From an uncultured Chloroflexia bacterium (GTDB lineage Bacteria; Chloroflexota; Anaerolineae; CG2-30-64-16): a stretch of 64,000 nt of DNA. The notes under the pieces were generated by a model that did not search any database, was not told where the DNA came from, and saw nothing but the letters and a program-made list of their open reading frames with translations. Of this stretch, positions 28,339 through 38,126 are shown in pieces. The first letter of the stretch is position 1, and the number at the start of each line of letters is the position of its first letter. Location of the stretch: positions 1 through 64,000 of the forward strand of contig CAVZDU010000001.1 of the NCBI GenBank assembly GCA_963774265.1, in the 5' to 3' direction. Position numbers and translations under genes: made by a program.

Positions 28339-29901
28339 TCACTTTTTCGACACCGAATCATCCGCCCGGGCAAGCTCGATGGCTTTCGCGGCCACTTGAT
28401 GACCGAGTTGCTCGCCTGCACTGATATCGCTGCGAAAATGGAGGCCGGCCCAGATGCGCGACTCTCCGGCTTCGTCGGCCAGTGCATTGAAGCTATCCGC
28501 CGAGTATGGGAACAGGTAACCCAGGATGTCGGCGGACGCAGTTGACAGACAGCTGTGCGCCGACGGGTAGCTTGGATGGTTCGGCGTGGCGAACAGCGTC
28601 TTGAATGCCGGATCGAGCTGGAACGGCCGGATAGCCCAGTAGGTGTACTTGGCGTCCCAGCAAGCAGCCACAGCATCATGATAGGCGATGTTCTGGAGGG
28701 CGTAGGCTCGCGCTGCCCGTGGCGGGTTGTTGCTGAGCCCGTACTCGAAGAGCTTGTTGCTGAGCTGCTGATTCCAGAACCAGTAGTTGCGGGCTCCTCC
28801 CGCGCCATATTCCCAGAAGAACGCCAGAGTATTGGTCCTCGGAGTTCGCTGGAAGTTGCGCAGCTCACCCATCTCGGCGGCCAACTGCTCCGAATTATAG
28901 GCAGGCGGGGGGCCGGGCCGGAACTCGCTGCTGGACGTAAGCGCCCACGTTTTCCAGTTTGCCGCCTGGGGCAGCGCTGGATTTTCGCCAGTCCACAGCC
29001 CTGGCCCGGTGGGGATGGTGCCTGCCCACGGAATATTCGAGCCGTCGTTCTTGCCTCGCTCGATGACCAGCGCCGCCACATCGCGGCCCAATGCCAATCC
29101 GGCGTCGACGTCGCTGGGATAGTTGACCCCTGCGCTCAGGAAGGCGTTGCTCGCTTCCAGGGCCTTCTCCCGGAAATAGTCGGCCTTGTTGGGGAAGAGG
29201 TAGGCGAGCACTTCAGAGGCGGCTCCCGCCGCGACCGTGTGTTCCGCGGGATACGAAGGGCTGGCCGGGACGGCAATTGCCGTGGACAGCGAGCGGTCGA
29301 ACCGGCTCGGCCGCAGGCGGTTGTACTGGTATTTCGCGTTCCATGCTGCGATGGTGGCATCAGAGACCGCGGCATGGACCAGCGCCAGTCCCCGTCCAGC
29401 CATCATACTGTTCAAGCCGCTTGCTGTCATCTCGGACACCGCCATCTCGTTCCATCGATAGACGGGGGCGCCGCTGTTCCAGAACGCAATGCGGTCCCGG
29501 ACCGCACTGTCTCGCTCCTTCGCCAGTTGCTTCAGCACCTGGATTTCGGCGCGGGTGGCCTGCCTGTTGGGCGGCGCGGCCGGAACAACCTGGCTGCCTG
29601 ACGTCAGCACCCAGGTGTGCCAATTGCCGGCCGCCGGTTCAACCCCGCGGCCGCTCCCGGACGCGATTCCCTCTGCACATGACAAAGCGTCCGGACATGT
29701 CCCCGGCTCTTCACTCTCAAAAACCGGGGACAGGTTCGGCCGCCCGAGCTCGACATCAGTCGCAGGCGCTGCCCCGACACTCGCGGCGGGCAGCACAAGC
29801 AGTAAAACGGCTGCCACGACCGTCAAGACAAACACAAACTTCTTCGCACCGACTGCTCGTTGCCTTGCAGGCACCCCAACCCACGTCCGTCTACTAGCCA
29901 T
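28339..29901 (-). CDS. Secreted vanadium-haloperoxidase/PAP2-family protein with two PAP2-like modules
   Basis: Hydrophobic signal/TM segment; AKYQYNRLRP..SYPAEH and AKYTYWAIRP..HPSYPSAH..SRIWAGLHFRSD. Confidence 0.85.
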   Translation of the reverse strand: MASRRTWVGVPARQRAVGAKKFVFVLTVVAAVLLLVLPAASVGAAPATDVELGRPNLSPVFESEEPGTCPDALSCAEGIASGSGRGVEPAAGNWHTWVLTSGSQVVPAAPPNRQATRAEIQVLKQLAKERDSAVRDRIAFWNSGAPVYRWNEMAVSEMTASGLNSMMAGRGLALVHAAVSDATIAAWNAKYQYNRLRPSRFDRSLSTAIAVPASPSYPAEHTVAAGAASEVLAYLFPNKADYFREKALEASNAFLSAGVNYPSDVDAGLALGRDVAALVIERGKNDGSNIPWAGTIPTGPGLWTGENPALPQAANWKTWALTSSSEFRPGPPPAYNSEQLAAEMGELRNFQRTPRTNTLAFFWEYGAGGARNYWFWNQQLSNKLFEYGLSNNPPRAARAYALQNIAYHDAVAACWDAKYTYWAIRPFQLDPAFKTLFATPNHPSYPSAHSCLSTASADILGYLFPYSADSFNALADEAGESRIWAGLHFRSDISAGEQLGHQVAAKAIELARADDSVSKK

Positions 29902-29965
29902 CTCGATCTCCCTCTTCTCACCTATGGCTACCTTCGGCGGCAGATCTCGAAGGCGCGGTCTCATC

Positions 29966-30030
29966 ATTCTAGAGGAAGTCCGGGCGCGCGACATCGCGGA
30001 AAACCGAAATCTTTCGGCGCGGAGACCGAA
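29966..30030 (-). promoter_or_regulatory. Promoter with tandem direct repeats (candidate LuxR-type activator sites)
   Basis: Plus-strand CGCGGAAAACCGAA (29995-30008) and CGCGGAGACCGAA (30018-30030), ~22 bp apart, upstream of a minus-strand TAGAAT (29966-29971). Confidence 0.45.
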
Positions 30031-30034
30031 GGTT

Positions 30035-32486
30035 TTATCGGCGCTTCGCGCGCCGGTGACGAGGAAGGCCAGGTGAAACACCGGCGGAACCGGCGGCGGC
30101 CTCGGTGGCAAGCCAGGCCGCGATCTGAGTCCGGGAGTTGAAACCCCGTTTGTTCAGAATGTGGGTCACGTGGGCTTCGACGGTTCGCAGCCCAATAAAC
30201 AGAGCTTCCGCAATTTCGGCATTGCTGTTGCCCTGCGCCACCAGCGCGGCCACTTCGCGCTCGCGGTGGGTCAGGGGCGTGAACTCGCCGAAGACAGATG
30301 ACGGGATTGACCTTTCGCGGGTCGGCGCTCGAGGGCCTGGGTCGCCTATCTCGGATTCGCCGAGGGCCACACGGAGGGCCCCATCCAGGTCGTTGGCTGC
30401 CTGCTTCGCTCCTCGGTCCATCGCGGCCTGAAAGGCCGGTTCCCCAAGCTGCAACCTGAGCTCCGCCGCGTTTCGGTCATGCTCCATCTGGTCGACTTTC
30501 CACAGGGGAACGCCAAACGCATCGAGATAGTGCTGGGTCGCGCCCAGCAGCCAGGCCGCGCGCTCGGGCTGCCCTTGATGCCGCACCAGCCTGGCCATTC
30601 CGGCGAGCGCCATCGCAATCCCCCAGGTGTCTCTCGTCTCGCGGCTGATGCACAGGGCATCGGCCATGCAACGTCTTGCCCGTTCGTCATCGCCCTCGGC
30701 ATGGCAGATTTGACCCAGGCGGACCTGCCGTCGCGCAAAGGCTGCCATAAAGCCGATGCCCCGGCAGATCGACAGGCTCTCTTCGATGCTTTTCCTGGCT
30801 CTGCCGTAATCAGGGCGCAGGTAAGCTATGTTCGCACGAGTGAACAAGGCGATAGATCGGTCCCAATCTTCGCCGGTTTGCTCGAATATCGCGAGAGCCT
30901 CATCGCACAGGCGATCAGCCCCGTCCAGATCCCCTTCATCCCAAAAAACCCAACTCAGAAGCGTGTACAACACCGCCGTCTGGTGTCGCTCTCCGAGAGC
31001 TTGCGCAAGCTCTATCCCTTGCTCCAGATACAGACGCGCCCGGATGAAGTCACGGTCATGAATCGCCAGAAACCCGGCCTCGCGGAGCGTGTCAACCTGC
31101 AAAGGAACGGGGATGTCTCCAAGGCCGGCCACCAGTTGTTCAAACCATGCCCTCCCTTCGCAAATGTAACCCCTGACCTGCCAGAACTGAGACAACCCAT
31201 TTGCCAGGCGGTGCCGCTCCACAGCGCAAGCCGGCTGGGTCAAACCCCACTCGAAGGCTGCGCGCAGATTTGGATGTTCGACCTCGAGTTGTTCGACACT
31301 GGTCTTTGCCGGGCCGCGAAACGTATCGGGGCCCGCTTTCTCCGCGAGAGTCACCGCCCAAGTCAAAAGCCGGTCCCGCGCACATGCCGCGTCCCCGGAC
31401 CCCTCCAGCTTCGCCAGCGCGTATGGGCGCACGGGCGCCAGAAACCGGTAACGCCGCTCCGGCTGAGCGTCTGCCTCGACCACCAGAAGTGATTTGTCTA
31501 CCAGCCCCGCGAGCAGATTTTAACACGGAAGCCGCAGGGCGATTCCCTGCCTCTCCTCCAGCACTTGGAGGAGCGCTTGCGGCTTCAGGGCACTCGTCGG
31601 GAGCACAAACTGCTTCGGCTGATTCCACGGAAAAGCTGCCAGCGAAAACGGACAGGCAGCGCAATAGCGATTGCTCGCGCTCGGAGAGCAGGCCATAACT
31701 CCAATCGAGAGTGGCCTCGAGTGTGCGATGTCGCAGAGGGACGGTGCGATCGCCGGTCGCGAGAAGACTAAGCGCATTGTCCAGCCGCGCGGCGATCTGT
31801 TCAGCCGAGAGCACCCGGGTGCGCGCTGCGGCTAGCTCGATCGCCAGCGGACTGCCGCCGAGCCGGCGGCAGATCTGGCTGATTGGGAGGGCATTTTGCT
31901 TGTTCAGAGCAAAACCCGGGGTGATGCGCCCTGAGCGCTCGACAAACAGCCGGATCGCCTCGATGCGGGCGAGTTCTTCGACCGGAGGGAGTGCTCCAGG
32001 CTCGGGGAGCGTCAGCGGGGGCACCGCCCAGGTCGTCTCGCCGGTCATGTGGAGCGGCTCGCGGCTGGTCGCCAGTACGCGCAGGCCGGGAGCAGCTGTC
32101 AAGAGAGCATATGCCAGCTGTGCACAGGCCGCAACCATGTGCTCGCAGTTGTCGAGAAGCAATAGGGTGCGTTTCGCTCTCAAGTGCGCTGCCAGGGTCT
32201 GGATGAGCGGCCGGCCCGGCGCCTCACGCAGGTTAAGCGCAGCAGCGACAGCCTGCGGCACCAAATCAGGCTCGGCGAGCGAGGCCAGGTCGACGAACCA
32301 GACGCCGTCCTGGTAGCGCCGGACGAGTTTACCGGCCACCGCCAGGGCCAGGCGGGTTTTGCCGGCGCCGCCGGAACCGGTCAGCGTCAACAGGCGCGTG
32401 CCGTGCAACAGGCGGGTGGCGGTCGCGATCTCCCGTTCCCGGCCAATAAAGGTGGACAATTGGTCCGGCAGATTGCTGCACGTCAT
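30035..32486 (-). CDS. Large ATPase-TPR-LuxR transcriptional regulator; frameshift ~31500
   Basis: NLP..LSTFIGRE, LTGSGGAGKTRLA, LLLDNCEH, PLAIELAAAR, TPR repeats and LTHREREVAALVAQG..TVEAHVTHILNK. Confidence 0.9.
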
Positions 32487-32645
32487 GTCGGGATTATAGC
32501 ACACCTGCATCCCTGGATGCAGGGCGACTGTACGATTGCCCTCATGTAGAAGGCGAGATGCTATACTATGCCGCGGCGGGATCTGGTGCGCAACGCCGCG
32601 CAACACGCGCAGCAGTCTGCAGACACGGTACACCACGAGGCGCCC

Positions 32646-33156
32646 ATGATCGATACGACACGCCAAACCGCCATCCGCCCGGCCACCGGGGCCGACTTCG
32701 AGCGGGATCTGGGAGATCTTCCACGCCGTGGTGCTGCCCGGCGACAGCTACGTCTTCCCGCCGGACGCCACGCGCGACGATGCACGCGCCTATTTTGTCT
32801 CGGCGGATTTCAAGACGTTCGTCGTCACTGTTGACGGGGTTGTGGCGGGCATGTACAAGCTGCGGCCCAACAACGTTGGCCTGGGCAGCCACGTGAGCAA
32901 TGCCTCGTTCATGGTCGATCCGGCATATCGCGGCCTGGGGCTGGGAGAACGGATGGGACGGCACTGCCTGGACGAGGCCCGGCGGATGGGCTACGTGGCC
33001 ATGCAATTCAACTTCGTGGTCAGCACGAACACGCCGGCGGTCGCGCTGTGGCGCAAGCTGGGGTTCGAGGTGGTCGGTGTGCTGCCGGTGGCATTCCGCC
33101 ACGCCGAGATGGGGCTGGTCGACGCGCTGGTCATGTATCGGTTCCTGGAGGAGTAG
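32646..33156 (+). CDS. GNAT acetyltransferase; frameshift ~32705
   Basis: IRPAT..IWEIFHAVV..GDSY, HVSNASFMV, YRGLGLG and AMQFNFVVSTN..LWRKLGF. Confidence 0.88.
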
Positions 33157-33168
33157 AGGGTCAGCCCC

Positions 33169-33747
33169 TCAAAACATCCGATCCGCCATCACGACGGCTT
33201 CCGCCACCTCCGAAAGCTTCCGATTGGTGTCCTGGCTTTGCTTCTGCAGCCGCTTGAAGGCCTCGTCCTCGGTCAAGTTCAGCCGCCGCATCAGGATGCC
33301 CTTGGCCTTTTCCACCACCTTGCGGGCTTCCAGTGCATCGCGCAGGTCAGCCACCTCGCGGCGCAACGACTCGAACTCCTTGAACCGGGTCAGAGCAAGA
33401 GTGATCGCAGGCAGCAGATCGTCTTCGGCGACTGGCTTCATCAAGTAGGCTGAGATGTTGGCCCGCGCAGCTCGCTCGACCAGTTGCGCCTCACTATATG
33501 CGGTCACCAGGATAATAGGGATGGGCCGCGCCTGGGTGATGAGCTCTGCCGCCTCGATGCCATCCATGACGGGCATCTTGATGTCGAGGATGGCCAAATC
33601 GGGCCGGTGCTCCGCGGCGAGTCGCACCGCCTCGTCCCCCTGGGCGGCCTCCGCCACGACCCGGTGGCCCAACGCTGTCAGTTGCGCTGCCAGGCTCAAC
33701 AGGCGGATGCTCTCATCGTCGGCGATTAGGACGCGCAAGGATTTCAT
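33169..33747 (-). CDS. Response regulator with ANTAR RNA-binding output domain (EutV/PdtaR-like)
   Basis: LIADDE, ILDIKMPVMDG, VTAY and YLMKP receiver; LEARKVVEKAKGILM...EDEAFKRLQKQS ANTAR domain. Confidence 0.93.
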   Translation of the reverse strand: MKSLRVLIADDESIRLLSLAAQLTALGHRVVAEAAQGDEAVRLAAEHRPDLAILDIKMPVMDGIEAAELITQARPIPIILVTAYSEAQLVERAARANISAYLMKPVAEDDLLPAITLALTRFKEFESLRREVADLRDALEARKVVEKAKGILMRRLNLTEDEAFKRLQKQSQDTNRKLSEVAEAVVMADRMF

Positions 33748-33758
33748 ATCGTCGCAGC

Positions 33759-34949
33759 CTACTTGTAGAAGGTGACCGTGGCTGTGGTGCCGCCCGCGCC
33801 CCGGCCATCCAAGCGGAGTGAGCCGGCCAGGTCCTTTTCGGCCAGCGTGCGTGCGATGCGCAGCCCCAATCCCCGACCCGTCGAGAGGTCGAAGCCAGAC
33901 GGCAGTCCGCGGCCGCTGTCTCTGATGGTCAGTGTGACCTCCGGCCCTTCCTGCGCCAGCTCGATCTGCAGATGGCATGGATGGTGACCGATGGGGAAGG
34001 CGTGTTCGAGCGCGTTGGAAACGAGCTCGTTAATGATGAGAGCAAGCGCGGTGGCTTGCTTGGAGGGCAAGTAGATCGGCGGACCGGTGATTTCCGCCAC
34101 GATCCGTCGATCGGGCCGCACGAAGTTCTTGAGCGAAATGTCGCACACCTGCCGTGCGAGTGCAGTGATGTCGGTTAGCCGGAGTTGTTCCAGAGACAGC
34201 AGCTCGTGCACTGCGGCGATGCTCTTGATGCGGCCTACGCTGTCGCGCAGGCTCTTGCGCGCCACGGGCGAGGGGCTGGCAGACATCTCCAGACTCAGCA
34301 GGTCGGCCACGGTCTGGAGATTATTCTTGATGCGGTGGTGCATCTCCTGCAGCAGCGCGGCCAACGCATCCGCGCGGCGCGCCTCATCCCGCAGCCTCAG
34401 GTTCTCCAGCGCGAAGCCGATCTGCATCCCCACCGAGCGCAAGAGGGCCATCTCCGGTTCGCCGAGCGCAGCGTGGCCATGACGGCTGCCCACATGGAGC
34501 ACGCCGAGTGTCCTGTCGCGTGCAAGCAGGGGAACCGCCGCGCATGCGCTAAGCTTGGTGCGACCATGACACCCCTCGCGCGTGACGGATGGATCAAGGG
34601 TAATGATCTCCCCACCTGCCGGCGACGGGGTGAAACTGACGAAGCCACACCGGCACTTGCCGGGCTCCATATTACTTTGGACAGGATCGAGGAGGTGGGG
34701 ATCACCCTCGGCCGCGGCAAGACTATACTCGCCGGTCGCCGCATCGAGAAGGTAGATGCGCCCGCTGTCGAGACCGAGCACCTGGAGCATCTGGCGCAGG
34801 GCTGCGTGTAACGCATCGGACTCGGTCAGCTCCTGGTTGATAGCCGCGGACACAGCGAAGAGCGCGGCTAACTCGCGCACGCGTTGCTGTTCCCCGTTAG
34901 TGCCGGCTGCGCTTTGGGGAACGGAAGGAAGAGAGGGGGGCGCAGTCAT
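33759..34949 (-). CDS. Cytoplasmic GAF sensor histidine kinase (HisKA_2, EutW/PdtaS-like)
   Basis: GAF domain; QEMHHRIKNNLQ H-box, NELVSNALEHAF, DSGRGLP and GLGLRI; no TM segments. Confidence 0.92.
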   Translation of the reverse strand: MTAPPSLPSVPQSAAGTNGEQQRVRELAALFAVSAAINQELTESDALHAALRQMLQVLGLDSGRIYLLDAATGEYSLAAAEGDPHLLDPVQSNMEPGKCRCGFVSFTPSPAGGEIITLDPSVTREGCHGRTKLSACAAVPLLARDRTLGVLHVGSRHGHAALGEPEMALLRSVGMQIGFALENLRLRDEARRADALAALLQEMHHRIKNNLQTVADLLSLEMSASPSPVARKSLRDSVGRIKSIAAVHELLSLEQLRLTDITALARQVCDISLKNFVRPDRRIVAEITGPPIYLPSKQATALALIINELVSNALEHAFPIGHHPCHLQIELAQEGPEVTLTIRDSGRGLPSGFDLSTGRGLGLRIARTLAEKDLAGSLRLDGRGAGGTTATVTFYK

Positions 34950-34974
34950 GGGTCAGGCGTCCTTGCCTTAAGCG

Positions 34975-35009
34975 ACACTTGCCCTGGCGCCGCCTGCCAG
35001 GGCAAGTGT
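34975..35009. other. 14-bp perfect hairpin between tatA and the kinase gene
   Basis: ACACTTGCCCTGGC-N7-GCCAGGGCAAGTGT; no U-tract. Confidence 0.5.
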
Positions 35010-35064
35010 GCGCAGTACGGCGAGCAGTTCGGTAGACAGCGGAAGGGATAAGGCTGCCGCTGGC

Positions 35065-35253
35065 TTAGGAGACCTGCTCATCCTTCGGCTGATCCGCCGG
35101 TTTCTCCACCTTGTTGTCATCCTTCGAGGCTTCGCGGAACTCGCGGATGCTCTTGCCGATCGCGCCGCCGATCTCCGGCAACCGGCCGACACCAAACACG
35201 ATAAGAACGATCACCAGTAGGATGACCCATTCCCAGCCACCGAGGTTAAACAT
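35065..35253 (-). CDS. tatA: Twin-arginine translocase TatA/E
   Basis: LGGWEWVILLVIVLIVFGVGRLPEIGGAIGKSIREFR. Confidence 0.93.
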   Translation of the reverse strand: MFNLGGWEWVILLVIVLIVFGVGRLPEIGGAIGKSIREFREASKDDNKVEKPADQPKDEQVS

Positions 35254-36720
35254 TGTCTTTCTCCTTGGATTGTTCTATCAGATCCTGGCGTCTCCGCCAT
35301 GCAGTCGTCAGGAAGGATCTTGCTTCAGATGACATCTCATCCAGATGATAAGCCACTGTAGCCGCTGTACGCGCGCTTTTGCCGTCACCCGCGGCCGCCA
35401 GCCAGCGGCTCATCGCGACAAATCGGCGACTGTATGTTGCCGCTGTTTCAGGGTCCAACTCTTCACCATCCAGCTCCCAGAACCATCCATAGAAAGCGGG
35501 ATGATCCAGGATCGAGTCAAGGTCGGCCTGCGCCAGGTCGGGATCCACCGGAGGCGTCAGGCTGCCTTCCTCCTCCGCCTCAGGGGTCAGCCAGATGAGC
35601 GGCGAGAACAGGCGGTAGCCTACCGGCGTCGCCATGCCGCTCGCCCAATTCAACGCCAGCGCCTCGCGCAAGGCCGTGAAACCAAGCTCGAGGGGCGCTT
35701 CCAGCAAGGTGATGGCGGGTGCAGCTCCGTCGCCATCGCCAACCACCAGGTGCAGCGCGCCGGTCCGCCGGCGCGGGAGTACGTGGTCGGCGCTGACCTC
35801 CAATGAGCCGGAAGCGTCGCGTAAGCCACCCGGATCCTGCACCAGGACAGTGAAGAACACGGCGTTCGATCCCGTATCCTCCTGCCCGATAAACAACAAG
35901 AACTGTCCGGCTGAGACGTCGACCGGCGACATGAGCAGTCGCCAATGCAGCGAAGGTGCATACCACGGCTCACGTTGCGGGTCATGGTCGGCCGAATCGG
36001 ATACGCCGCTGAAGCGCAACTTGCGCAGGCCGCGCTCGGCCAAAGACGCCAACTCCGGCGGCAGGTTGGGCGTGAGGCCTGCCAGTGCCCGCAGTGCGGC
36101 CGGGGTGCGCAACTTCACCAATTCCTCGATCGCGCGGCCCGCAAACCCACGCACACCGGCGTCTTCCTGGGCCAGCATCCGCAGCAGTGTTGCCAGGTGT
36201 GGGCTGGGCTCGACTGCGGGAAGTGCATCGAGGACCATGCCAATAACCTCAGGCGGCTGCGCCGCGAGCTGCTCCAGGTACTCGATGACGCTCAGCGGCT
36301 CCTCGTCCATCGCGACGATCAACTCATGGAGCGACTGTTGCGAGGCCGCTTCGGGATTCCGCAAGCTGGCGATGAGCGCATCGTCGATCGGCTCGCCCAG
36401 GAAGCGTTCGAGCACCGTGAGTGCAGCCAATCGGGCGTGATCGCTGCGATCGTGGCCACGCGCGAACTGCCGCGTAATGCAGGCACAACCTGTTCGCGCG
36501 GCAGATAACGCGCGACCTGGCCGAGGCCGCCGCGAAGTTGTGGATCGGGCGTGTCCAACAATGTCACGAGCTGCTGCAGCGCGGCCGCACCGTGTGTGGC
36601 AATGACCTGGGCCTGCTGTTGGACTACGGCAGGGTCGGTGATTTGGCCAAGCTCAGCGAATGCCTCTTCCAGTGCCCGGCGTTCGAGCAGGCCGGTCAGC
36701 ACCTTAGCTTCTCCGCTCAT
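35246..36720 (-). CDS. Hypothetical helical-repeat protein; frameshift ~36440
   Basis: MSGEAKVL...LDTPDPQLRGGLG continues into the 394-aa ORF; overlaps the tatA start. Confidence 0.65.
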
Positions 36721-36773
36721 GAGGCGATTATAACATAAGCCAACACTGCCAAGGCAAACATGGATGTCGGCGC

Positions 36774-37252
36774 TTACTTGCGCCGCCGCACGTACAGCAC
36801 CTTCTGCACGTGCGCCACCACCTGCCCGGCCTCGTCCAACACATCCACCTCGTACGCCGGCTCCACGATCTCCCCAGCATCTGCGCGCGCCCGAATCGCG
36901 TCCACTTCTTGGTGCGGGATGTGAAACGCGGCCTGCACGGTGCCCCGCCCAGGCCGGACAAACGTGATGCACGCGGATTTGTCCCACACGGTATAGCCCT
37001 TACCCAACGTTTTCAGCAGGATGAGCGCAAAAAACGCGTCGGCCATCGCATACAGTGACCCCCCGAAGTGCGTGCCGAACACATTGCGGTTGAACCAGCG
37101 CAGCGGCATGCGCACGCGGATCGTGTACGGGTCGGCTTCGGTGGTTCGAACGCGGATGCCCGCGCCGATGAAGGGGGGGTAGAAGCTCAGCAGGCAGTAT
37201 GGAAAAACCACAGGTCAATTCCAGTCCTCAAGATTTGCCAATCATGGCTCAT
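36774..37252 (-). CDS. Hotdog-fold thioesterase-like protein (DUF4442/YiiD-like); 5' end uncertain
   Basis: FYPPFIGAGIRV, NRNVFGTHFGGSLY and VWDKSA.I.F.RPG. Confidence 0.8.
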
Positions 37253-37267
37253 ATTGCTCGCTTCTCC

Positions 37268-38086
37268 TTATGATTCGGCCGTAGATTCTGTAAGATCACG
37301 ATGGGAGGTCTCAGCAATTGCGCGTGCTTGGGGATCCTCATGAACGATGCGGCGTCGCATGTGAAACCGAAAATACTCGGGGACAATGTAATTGCGTGAC
37401 CAGCTTAGGAGCGTTGCATCGGCGCCGTGAAAACCTTCATCGAGACGGAACAGCGCGGCGCCCTTGTTGACTCTGAGCAGCGCGGCGAGCGTCTCATCGG
37501 CGTGCGCTGCCCCGAGGACACTATCGCTCCAGGCGGCCACCGGCCGGCCATCACAGCCATCGAAATAATCCACCACTGAATCCTGGAACCCGGTCCGAAG
37601 CTCGTCCACGCTAAACATGGCCGGAAGCAGAAAATCCTCAAGCCTGGCAACGGGGGTGCCATCAAACTCCACGGCACGCGCGATGCGGATCACCGGACTG
37701 CCCAACGCGATCTGCATCGCCTCGGCAGTCTCCGTATCAGCCGGTGTCTCTTCGATCGACAGGTGCGAGATGCGCGAGGAAAGCCCGGCTCGAGCGGCCA
37801 GCCGAGGATGAAAGCTTTCGAGCGTATCGAGTTGCGCTTCCACCCTGAACCGTTGCTGTGCGACAAACGTCCCCGCACCATGAATGCGGCGGATGTAACC
37901 CAGTGTCTCCAGGCTGCCCAACGCACTCCGGATGGTGGTGCGGCTGACGCCCAGGCTGACCGCCAATTCATCCTCCGGGGGCAACTGCGCGCCAGAGGGA
38001 TAAGTTCCATCGGAAATGGACCTGATGATGGCAGTTTGTACCTGCTCGTAAAGTGGCCGCCGGTCCCCCCGAACTAAACCATCCAC
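37268..38086 (-). CDS. GntR-family regulator (HutC/UTRA)
   Basis: PLYEQV, QLPPEDELA..LGVSRTTIR.AL, GAGTFV and a UTRA-like C-terminus. Confidence 0.9.
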   Translation of the reverse strand: MDGLVRGDRRPLYEQVQTAIIRSISDGTYPSGAQLPPEDELAVSLGVSRTTIRSALGSLETLGYIRRIHGAGTFVAQQRFRVEAQLDTLESFHPRLAARAGLSSRISHLSIEETPADTETAEAMQIALGSPVIRIARAVEFDGTPVARLEDFLLPAMFSVDELRTGFQDSVVDYFDGCDGRPVAAWSDSVLGAAHADETLAALLRVNKGAALFRLDEGFHGADATLLSWSRNYIVPEYFRFHMRRRIVHEDPQARAIAETSHRDLTESTAES

Positions 38087-38126
38087 CTTACCGGACCCTC
38101 CCCACGTGGCCCATCCAGCATCGCAA

